DNA from: a virus
Lineage: Duplodnaviria > Caudoviricetes
IMG/VR virus record: IMGVR_UViG_3300037311_000228
Span: 1 to 54,323 of that record
Strand: one strand, 5' to 3'
Length of the DNA: 54,323 nucleotides
Under the pieces are notes generated by a model. The model was not told the origin of the DNA, ran no database searches, and worked only from the letters and a program-made list of their open reading frames with translations. A program made the translations under genes and the position numbers. Shown in pieces: positions 9,701-16,734 of the stretch (within the stretch, counting starts at the first letter, position 1; the number at the start of each line of letters is the position of its first letter).

Positions 9701-10310
9701 ATCGTGGATCGGCACGCCAGATGAACCGGGCGATCTGACCAAACTGATCTTGGCGGGCATGGCAGCGGGGAACACGGCGCTCAAGCGTGAAAGCGCCGCG
9801 CGCCCCTCCAAACGCGCGCTGACCCTGACGCCTGACTGGGAGCTGCTCAGCACTCAAGCCCTCGCTTTCGCACAGGTGTATGGATACACGCTCATTCGCG
9901 GTATCAACGCGACCACCGCCGCGCAGGTGCAGCAGATCATCGCCGACTGGATCATGACCGGAGAATCCGTCGAGGCGCTCCGCGCTCTCTTGCTCCCTGT
10001 GTTCAAGAACCCTCACCGCGCCGAACTCATCGCTCAAACAGAAAGTATTCGCGTGTTCAACGAAGGGGCGTTCGAGCGTTGGCGTGGTGTTGGCGTGACC
10101 CAAGCGACATGGCAGACGGTCAACGATGCGCACGTCTGCCCGATCTGTCAGCCGCTGCACGGTACGGTCGGGAGCGTTGATACGGGTTGGACGCATCCGG
10201 GCGGCGCGGATGACGCGGCGCGCTTTGCGGGGAAAACATATACCGCCTCAGCACATCCCGGTTGCCGTTGTTTCCGGCGTCCGAAACTCGACTCAATTGG
10301 AGCGGACTGA
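6771..10310 (+). CDS. Portal protein fused to a 2H phosphoesterase, a probable degenerate second 2H-like domain and a MuF (gpF-like) minor head domain
   Basis: Portal: YACI..RA, FFRNAARPDG, ICIAFRVNPALIG; 2H: HITL (8370) and HITM (8625); MuF: RAELIAQTE, WQTVNDAHVCPIC, AHPGCRC. Confidence 0.88.
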   Translation: MTTLPHDPPSAPSVSERMMFYTVGDRLVPFSALRANIELDTRTTLASALFAGDHQRMSAYPMSVTAYACIDYRAQTLAGIPCAVKDAAGEEVDWHPLGGVLRDLPTLLWDVEAALCIWGKAYVRKLYNAAGYPTGLQWLNNARVEEQQDLYRQVVTGYWLDGVELLPPSQIIALRTFNPDPYAADGISALEVALRRIYTESNLLTFAEQFFRNAARPDGMLIAKGQMSQSEIDTARQQWREFKGSGNAWKTFVSGGEWEWVPITPPPADLAMTELTTTIRRDICIAFRVNPALIGAGDVADSLSASSTFDGIERNHLEAVTLPRMNYVLGEMNRQWTWKDFDPADHYTLVPDIAQVALLSNTTGERVATAETMSNRLADYDESRRVIGLPPRGGDYLKRSAAEPLALWAAGGITLNRLRQLVGETAIPSAGEVINLAGTLLPAAKLMDIAVANAERLIAPPAPAFPSPFGLNAPPSPMTLPSEAETEARADEWTDTGLCVALSLADNPDLIALQARLRALYPRDVEWNAPSQFHITLVYAPSVADDEAVRLLAALRALSLPELVLNVGSLAGFDTVGRHALHFRIRQNADLFDLQDAIYGLCEGVPTSQHSDPAAYTPHITMGYSTIKPARVTFTGKVKVKPRGLIVWHGDKVLWRSEDEPQAGEALSMPTTRATMDASPLATTICLALADHQMIRYAQRVLADQLADAGITGERYTESSAWSLPLLNIDAPTPGAAAGLLITLNPDEWAAVEVRTGAYTLAEDGAVLLEVAPTPALDSVVERLRTLVEADGCSCEPISPRVRLATGVPSGTVLDSSAMPAGGYPIIARTLALHYGSRQLGTWTLRRATPDMLKELRHWRSKVEKRGAGIGFETYALAGHPLDAQIRACLAHGVTPVRVFDAAMRALVDGDVEPLDDLTPSPEAYTAWWKSYDDLQHNLGAAWLDMMGRAFDALPDTFNEEYDPLRLLTKMQKPLIESWIGTPDEPGDLTKLILAGMAAGNTALKRESAARPSKRALTLTPDWELLSTQALAFAQVYGYTLIRGINATTAAQVQQIIADWIMTGESVEALRALLLPVFKNPHRAELIAQTESIRVFNEGAFERWRGVGVTQATWQTVNDAHVCPICQPLHGTVGSVDTGWTHPGGADDAARFAGKTYTASAHPGCRCFRRPKLDSIGAD

Positions 10311-10816
10311 TGGACATCCAAAGCTCCAAGGTTGATGCACTGCTCGATAATCTCCGCCAGCGCGCGCCTGATCGTAAGCTGGTGCTGATCGTGCTGGAGC
10401 GCGTGGCGCGCAAGATCGGGGCTGCGGCAGAAGCAAGTGTTAGCGCCTATCCGCCACCGAGCGGGAAGCCGATGCCCGCAGTCTATGATCGCATTGACGC
10501 ACAAGGCAACCCATACAAGAGCAAGTTTAAGCGCGGCGAGATACGCATCCCGTATCGCCGTACAGGGCGGTTGGGGGCATCGATCACCAGCGATATCGAG
10601 GTCAAGAGTGCCGACGCCAGTGCCAGCACTTTTGTCGGCACGAACGTGGCTTATGCCCCCTACGTGATCGGGACACCCGGCGCGATGCCGGGTCAAGCGC
10701 CGTATCACACTGGAACATGGACGCCTCTAGAAGATGACTTGCTGCGCGGACAAGCCAAAATCACCAGCGCAGCCGAACAGGAGTTGGATCGTGCCGTCAA
10801 TGCGCTTATTCCATAG
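10310..10816 (+). CDS. HK97 gp10-like / virion morphogenesis protein
   Basis: RTGRLGASI and VGTNVAYAPYV motifs; ATG overlaps the upstream stop. Confidence 0.75.
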   Translation: MDIQSSKVDALLDNLRQRAPDRKLVLIVLERVARKIGAAAEASVSAYPPPSGKPMPAVYDRIDAQGNPYKSKFKRGEIRIPYRRTGRLGASITSDIEVKSADASASTFVGTNVAYAPYVIGTPGAMPGQAPYHTGTWTPLEDDLLRGQAKITSAAEQELDRAVNALIP

Positions 10817-13049
10817 ATCGTCTTTGTCGCCGCGTCGGGCGGCGATCACCGCGCTTGATGATGTGCTGGGCGAGATCGAGGGGTATATCCACGTTTGGAA
10901 CCCGCCCGGCTCAGTCGATGAGTATGGGACGTGGTTTGATCGCGAGTCGCCACCCGAACTGGCGCTCGACTTTTTGCCCCTCCCCGTTAGCTACGAACAC
11001 GCGATGGACAAGATCGTCGCTAAAGAGATCGTCGGCAAAATTGAACGGCTCTGGTTCGATGACGTGGGGCTGCGCTTCAGCGCGCAACTCAACCGCGCAT
11101 CTCCATTCTTTCAGCGCATTGTCAATGAAATTCGCGCAGGCAAGCTGGCAACCTCCTCCGCCACAGCCGAGCATTTGTCTGAATTCGACGCCGACGGGCG
11201 CTTCGTCAAATGGTGGCTGTCCGAGTTGGCATTGACAGCCGATCCAGCCGAGAATACGATGCCTATTGTGACGCTCGTTCGTTCTATGCCACGAGGTGCG
11301 GGGAATCCGCACGGCGCTGACGATGGAGCGCGAACCGTTACGAGTACAGGACAAAGAAATATGGAGATCAACCAGATCATCGCCGACGCGATGGCAGCGG
11401 GGGCGTCCCCGCAAGAGATCATCGCCGCACTTACGGCGCAAGGGATCAGTGTCGAAGACTTGATGGCGCTGCTTCAGCAAGCCGCGCAACCCGCACCCGA
11501 AGCAGAAGCGACCTTGAGCGCGCCCGTCGCGCCGTCCGCACAACCGAACGTCGCGCAAACTGCCGCCAGCGCGCTGGCGCAGTTGATCCAAAGCGGCACG
11601 GGCGGGCAGCGCCGCGCGCCGAACACTGCATCCGATCCGATGGCGGGGCAGATCGCCGCGCTTCAGCAGCAGGTCGCCTTGATGCAAGCCTCACAGCGTC
11701 AGCAGCAAGCCGCGCCGCCCGTGTCACCGCAGAACGCCGCCACCCCGCGTGGACGCAGCGACGTGTTTGTCGTTGATCCCTATGCCCACCTGACTCCGGC
11801 ACAGATGGCAACCGCCTACGCGCTGATGATGTCGTCGCCACAGCGCGAACGCAGCGACGAGCGGAGCGGCGCGAGCGAACCGTTCATGCGCGCGATGACC
11901 TACAAAAGTGCCGTGGCGGCGGAAGCGGGCGATCCGGTCAACGGCAATTACGCTGTTCGTTCGCTCTTCCCCGGTATGTCTGGGCGCGGCGGACGACCGC
12001 TGCGCGCCAACGAAGCGATGCAGTCGAACTTGAGCGGGTTTGGGGACGAGTGGGTGTACGCCTTGCAGGGGACGTCCATTTGGGAGGCGCTGCGCGCCGA
12101 AACGCGGCTTTTCGATCTGATGCAGCAGAAGGGGATGGAAGTCCGCGAGTTGCCCATGGGGTTCGAGGGCGAGACCGTCCCGCTCGAGGGCGCAGATATG
12201 ACGTGGTACGTGGCGGGACAGGCGGCGGATGAAGATGCGAGCAGCGGGATGCTCACGCCGACCTTCAGCCCGTCCAAGGTGCCTACGCCCACCTCGAAAA
12301 CCATTTCTATCGCCAAGCTGTCCGCGCGTACACCGTGGACCGCGGAGCTGAACGAGGACAGCTTCGTCAACATGGCGGCGGAGATCGAGCGGAAGGTTCG
12401 CGTGAGCGGCGCGGAGCAGATCGAGTCCATCCTGCTCAATGGCGACACCGATCCGACCGCGAACACGAACATCAACCTGATCGATGGGACGCCCGCCGCT
12501 GCGCCCGCGCGTCCCGCTTACACACTGCTCAATGGGCTGCTCAAGTTGGCGTTGGTCACGAACACGGGTAATTCCCGCGCGTGCGGAGCGATCTTCGACG
12601 AACTCGACTTTTTGGAGACGCTCAAGATGCTCCCCGTGAAGTCCCGCACTGATCGCGCGAAGCTGCTCTACATCCTCGACCCCGACACGGCGTTGGTCGC
12701 CGCGAACATTCCGGCGGTCAAAACGCGGGACTCGTTCTCGCCTGCGACGCTCGAACAAGGCAACCTGACGAGCATCTACCGGATCGACGTGTACGAGTCG
12801 GCGTACCTCGCTCTCGCCAACACCGTCGGCAAGATCAGCGGCACAGCGGGAAATAACATGCACGGTCGTTTGACCATCGTGCGCCCAGACCAGTGGGCAT
12901 TCCGCTGGAAGCGCAAGATGAAAACCGATCTGGCGTATACGCCGCGCAGCGACTCGTATGAAGTCGTCGTCCACATGCGCTTGGGGTGGGTGTCGCGCGA
13001 CAACGAAGCCTCCGCTGTGACCTATGGCATCCCGCAGGCACTGGTCTAG
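10800..13049 (+). CDS. Prohead protease-scaffold-major capsid fusion
   Basis: Protease D..G..F, YEH, VGKI, SELALT..PA; Q/A-rich scaffold; HK97-fold ELNEDS, ILLNGD, NGLLK; in-frame internal ATG with RBS at 11361. Confidence 0.85.
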   Translation: MRLFHRSSLSPRRAAITALDDVLGEIEGYIHVWNPPGSVDEYGTWFDRESPPELALDFLPLPVSYEHAMDKIVAKEIVGKIERLWFDDVGLRFSAQLNRASPFFQRIVNEIRAGKLATSSATAEHLSEFDADGRFVKWWLSELALTADPAENTMPIVTLVRSMPRGAGNPHGADDGARTVTSTGQRNMEINQIIADAMAAGASPQEIIAALTAQGISVEDLMALLQQAAQPAPEAEATLSAPVAPSAQPNVAQTAASALAQLIQSGTGGQRRAPNTASDPMAGQIAALQQQVALMQASQRQQQAAPPVSPQNAATPRGRSDVFVVDPYAHLTPAQMATAYALMMSSPQRERSDERSGASEPFMRAMTYKSAVAAEAGDPVNGNYAVRSLFPGMSGRGGRPLRANEAMQSNLSGFGDEWVYALQGTSIWEALRAETRLFDLMQQKGMEVRELPMGFEGETVPLEGADMTWYVAGQAADEDASSGMLTPTFSPSKVPTPTSKTISIAKLSARTPWTAELNEDSFVNMAAEIERKVRVSGAEQIESILLNGDTDPTANTNINLIDGTPAAAPARPAYTLLNGLLKLALVTNTGNSRACGAIFDELDFLETLKMLPVKSRTDRAKLLYILDPDTALVAANIPAVKTRDSFSPATLEQGNLTSIYRIDVYESAYLALANTVGKISGTAGNNMHGRLTIVRPDQWAFRWKRKMKTDLAYTPRSDSYEVVVHMRLGWVSRDNEASAVTYGIPQALV

Positions 13050-13070
13050 TTTTCGACGAGGGGGTGTCAC

Positions 13071-13430
13071 ATGCCAATGAAGAATGTTCGCCGGAATGAG
13101 CCAACGCAAATCCGACAAGAAGTGCAAGAACTGACCGCGAGCGGCGCGATCTACCTTCGCTCCGGTCAAGTTCATTTGAACCATGCGAGCGTCGTGATCG
13201 CTGCGACGCTCGCCGCCCCAGTAGCGGGCGATACGCTGCACATCATCAACACGTCTGCATCCGGCACGGCGGCGCACACCGTCACGCTGCCAGCGGGCGT
13301 GACGTGGGACGGCACGAACAACACCGCGACGCTGAACGCGCCCGGAGAGGCGCTTTACGTCGTCGCGGTGAGCGCGACGCGCTGGTTCATCATGACCAAC
13401 GTTGGGTCGGTAGCATTGAGCGCGGTGTAA
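13071..13430 (+). CDS. Putative head decoration or structural protein
   Basis: Small beta-rich A/T/V protein right after capsid; GAGGGGG RBS. Confidence 0.55.
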   Translation: MPMKNVRRNEPTQIRQEVQELTASGAIYLRSGQVHLNHASVVIAATLAAPVAGDTLHIINTSASGTAAHTVTLPAGVTWDGTNNTATLNAPGEALYVVAVSATRWFIMTNVGSVALSAV

Positions 13431-13433
13431 CCC

Positions 13434-14270
13434 ATGATCGACTACATCCTGCTCTCGCAGTTGAAAGCGCGGCTCGGTACGAGCATCACAGGAGACGCGG
13501 CGGACGACAACCTGCGCACGCTCATCACGGAGTGCAGTCGTGAAGTCGAACTGTACACCTCGCGGCGCTTCGATCATCGCATCGAGACGCGCACGCACAG
13601 CGTCCGCTCAACAGAGCGAGGGGGGGATGTCGCCGGTCTGAATTTGTGGCTCAACGACGATCTGCTATCGACCATCTCCGTTACCAATGGCGATGGGACA
13701 ACCGTTCTGAGCGGCGACTACGTGCTGCTGCCGCCCAACGCAAGCTGCAAAGACACGATCAGCCTGAACCCGTTCGGTGGCTCGATCTGGGCGCACGGTA
13801 CAGGGCATCCAGATGTGGCTATCGCGGTATCGGGTATTTGGGGGTGGGGCGGGTCATGGCGTCCATCTGGTGCGACCCTCGCCGCGAACACATCCGCTGA
13901 TGCTGTCACCTTGTCCGTCAGTGGCGTTACGGGATTTGAGCGCGGACATGTGCTGCGTATTGGATCGGAGTATTTCCAGATCATCGGAGACGTGAGCGCG
14001 TCCCCCCTTTCGGTGGGGCGTGCGGTGAATGGTTCTACCGCCTCGCTGCACTCCAGCGGCGCAGCAGTGGAAATATTTATCCCCGATCCGAAAGTGACAG
14101 CATTGGTCGCTCGGCTCATCGCTTGGCGACTCGAACAGCGCAAAACACCGCTGTATGGCACGGTCACGATCGGGGACTTTCAAGCCCCTGTTGATATTTC
14201 GGCGCTGCCGAAGGATGTACAGGGCGATATTTTTAGGCTGAAGCGCAAACTTCGCATTAAGGCGGCATAG
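13434..14270 (+). CDS. Head-tail connector/adaptor
   Basis: YILLSQLKARLG...DDNLRTLITECSREVELYTSRRF (gp6-like start) and position. Confidence 0.75.
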   Translation: MIDYILLSQLKARLGTSITGDAADDNLRTLITECSREVELYTSRRFDHRIETRTHSVRSTERGGDVAGLNLWLNDDLLSTISVTNGDGTTVLSGDYVLLPPNASCKDTISLNPFGGSIWAHGTGHPDVAIAVSGIWGWGGSWRPSGATLAANTSADAVTLSVSGVTGFERGHVLRIGSEYFQIIGDVSASPLSVGRAVNGSTASLHSSGAAVEIFIPDPKVTALVARLIAWRLEQRKTPLYGTVTIGDFQAPVDISALPKDVQGDIFRLKRKLRIKAA

Positions 14271-14271
14271 C

Positions 14272-14790
14272 ATGACGACAACAACCGATGCTGACGTGAT
14301 GGCGCGCCTGCGCTTGAACATGGACGAAATTTGGAGCGAGTACGGGAGTGGGCGTGCCTTCGAGTCGCCGCCGTCGCTGCCGATCTTGACGACGGAACTC
14401 CCGATCTCGTATGGCATTCCGGGTCCGACGGTCCAAGCGCCCGAACAGGCAGCCAATCGACTGCTTATCGCGCGCGGGTATCTTCAGCGCGTGCTGGTGT
14501 TTCCGTTCAACCTCGGCATCGACGATCCGACGGAGGGCGCGGAAGCCAACCGCCGCGCGCTGCCGTTGTTCGCCCCGTTGCACGTGTATTTTGCAGAGCA
14601 TCCGCGCTTGCACGTCGGCGGTTATGCACCGTTGGGGATGCTGGCAGGCGTCCACCAAAACGTTACGATCAGCGACAGCGGACTGGTTGAGCGTCCGGGT
14701 CCGGGCGGCGGGCGCTATGCCGCCATCGATTTGCTTATCACTGTTGTATTGAGCCGTCCGGTGCGCAGGCTGCCGACGGCGTATTCCTAA
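14272..14790 (+). CDS. Putative tail completion/terminator protein
   Basis: Position between connector and major tail gene. Confidence 0.5.
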   Translation: MTTTTDADVMARLRLNMDEIWSEYGSGRAFESPPSLPILTTELPISYGIPGPTVQAPEQAANRLLIARGYLQRVLVFPFNLGIDDPTEGAEANRRALPLFAPLHVYFAEHPRLHVGGYAPLGMLAGVHQNVTISDSGLVERPGPGGGRYAAIDLLITVVLSRPVRRLPTAYS

Positions 14791-14800
14791 GGAGTTTAAT

Positions 14801-15676
14801 ATGCCAACTTCCACTTCGGCGGGCGTGGTCACGTCAGTGGAGATCGGCTGTTTGTGGCTGGTCGGGAGCGATGGGCGCAGTTACGGTACAGCAGGCGAAG
14901 GCGCAATTGCTGGTACGACGACGCACGCGCGCGTTATGCGCCATGTCCGCGCGGCACAGGTTCCCGCGCCTCAGCGTGCCATTATCCCCACTGGGTTCGG
15001 GTCTTCGTGGCGAGGGCAGGTCATGCTCGGCTTGTCCGACTTCGGCAGCTTCCCAATGACCGCCGCCGCCATTGATGATACGCTGTGGAGCGTGATCACG
15101 GGCGCTACGACCGACACCACGACCAACTCGCGCTGGCGGCGGTTCGCGGCGAACTACGGACAAACGGTGCTGCCACAGGTCGGCATGATCCTGTCGGCGA
15201 TCTACCAGTCCTACGAGGATGGCGCGGATGGACCCCTGTATTACATCAATTACGTCATCCCGCGATGCCAAGTACAGCCCTCCTTCGCACCAGCGCTGTT
15301 CCAAGCGGCAGGCGAGGTGACTTATCAAGTCGTGCCAACCAACGCGACTATCGAGCCGACTGGACGCCTGATCAGTGCGAGCAGCATGAATCAGCGGCGG
15401 AACACAGTTCCGATCTATGCTATTGTCGCCCCCAAACCTTTGTCGCTGACGACGTTCATCAGCGACGGAACTGATGTGGACTTCACGTTGGGCTACAAGC
15501 CCACCAGCAGCATTGTCACGCTCAATGCTGCGGCGAACGAGTTTGCGCGCAATGGCACGCTGGTAGCGTTGAGCAGCGTCAATACGTCCACAGGGGTCGC
15601 AACGATGGCGAATGCGGGTTCAGCCGGAAATGTCAATATCGTTCTGTATGAGACGGACTTTGAGGCAGTCGCATAA
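14801..15676 (+). CDS. Putative major tail (tube) protein
   Basis: TAAGGAG RBS, size, T/A/G-rich, position before chaperones and tape measure. Confidence 0.65.
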   Translation: MPTSTSAGVVTSVEIGCLWLVGSDGRSYGTAGEGAIAGTTTHARVMRHVRAAQVPAPQRAIIPTGFGSSWRGQVMLGLSDFGSFPMTAAAIDDTLWSVITGATTDTTTNSRWRRFAANYGQTVLPQVGMILSAIYQSYEDGADGPLYYINYVIPRCQVQPSFAPALFQAAGEVTYQVVPTNATIEPTGRLISASSMNQRRNTVPIYAIVAPKPLSLTTFISDGTDVDFTLGYKPTSSIVTLNAAANEFARNGTLVALSSVNTSTGVATMANAGSAGNVNIVLYETDFEAVA

Positions 15677-15699
15677 AAGTGACTGAGAAAGAAAGGCAG

Positions 15700-15984
15700 A
15701 TGAACAGCAACCGCATTGGCACGAAAACAATTGACGGCGTGGTGTTCCCGGAATTCGACCTGTTTGGGGGACACTACAGACGTCCCACCACGACGCTGAA
15801 GCTGGATGAGACGCGCTTCGTCGTGCTGCCAGATTCGTCGGACTGGGAGCAGGTCGCCAGCGCGCTGGCGGCGCTGCGTGCGGAACTGGAACCAAAACCG
15901 AAGGCGAAACGCAAGCGTGACGATCCGCCCACAGACACCGTTGGGCTTCCGACAACTGAGGGGGGTGGCGATGACAGCCCTTAG
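15700..15984 (+). CDS. Hypothetical protein (tail region)
   Basis: AAGG RBS; packed within the operon. Confidence 0.6.
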   Translation: MNSNRIGTKTIDGVVFPEFDLFGGHYRRPTTTLKLDETRFVVLPDSSDWEQVASALAALRAELEPKPKAKRKRDDPPTDTVGLPTTEGGGDDSP

Positions 15985-16492
15985 CGATCACAAGGGCATC
16001 GTCACGATCAGCACGGGCTTTCGCACCTCAGGGTCAGATCGGATATTTGCAGCGATCTATAATGCGGTGACTGCGTTGGATCCGGGCGCTGACCAAGCTG
16101 AGCAGAACCAGCGCGCCGAGATCGCGCTGTGGCTGTCGGTGACAAAAACCGTGACCGTGACCAGCGACGCCAGCGAGCAGTTGCGGTCGCTGGCAGCCTT
16201 CTGGACGTGGTACAGCACATCAGTGATCGATCCGCGCGGACGACCGATCACCAACGATCCGACGCTGCTGGCAGAAGCCTATGAGCGATTCGTGGAGATG
16301 GTCGCCATTGAATTTGCACGACTGTGGCGGCGTGCATTCAACGAGGCGCAAGTCATTTATCCGGCGGCAATTGAGGCGGCGCATCCGTCCACGCTGACGC
16401 CGAAGCAGTTGGAAGACCCCCAAACACGCGCTCCCGTCTTGAGTGGCGGCGACGGGAGCGCGACCGAGCCAGACGCTACGCTGCCGGTGTAG
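15971..16492 (+). CDS. Tail assembly chaperone (gpG-like)
   Basis: Upstream of tape measure; followed by an overlapping -1 frame. Confidence 0.65.
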   Translation: MTALSDHKGIVTISTGFRTSGSDRIFAAIYNAVTALDPGADQAEQNQRAEIALWLSVTKTVTVTSDASEQLRSLAAFWTWYSTSVIDPRGRPITNDPTLLAEAYERFVEMVAIEFARLWRRAFNEAQVIYPAAIEAAHPSTLTPKQLEDPQTRAPVLSGGDGSATEPDATLPV

Positions 16493-16734
16493 AACGCGCC
16501 GCGCCGCTTGAACCTAGGAACTTCGGCTATTTCCACGACGAAGAGCTGGTCAATGATGGGTGGGTATGGCTCAAGGCGACGGGACGGATGCCGACCATCG
16601 ATGAAGTAGTCGCTGTCCGAACGACGTGGCGCAGGGATATTTTGCAGCGAGAGTTGCTGCATCAACGCGCAGTCGCTGAAGCGAAGGCACAGCAGCAGTC
16701 GCCACCTGATGGGAAGGGGGTAGCCCAATCATGA
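16375..16734 (+). CDS. Frameshift extension of the tail chaperone (gpT-like part)
   Basis: -1 frame is open from 16375 to TGA at 16732-16734, which overlaps the tape-measure ATG. Confidence 0.65.
   Translation, partial: GGASVHADAEAVGRPPNTRSRLEWRRRERDRARRYAAGVERAAPLEPRNFGYFHDEELVNDGWVWLKATGRMPTIDEVVAVRTTWRRDILQRELLHQRAVAEAKAQQQSPPDGKGVAQS

Noticed and set aside
11724-13598. 624-aa minus-strand ORF
   Set aside because: Antisense shadow of the GC3-biased capsid gene; the same applies to other long antisense ORFs such as 48777-50120
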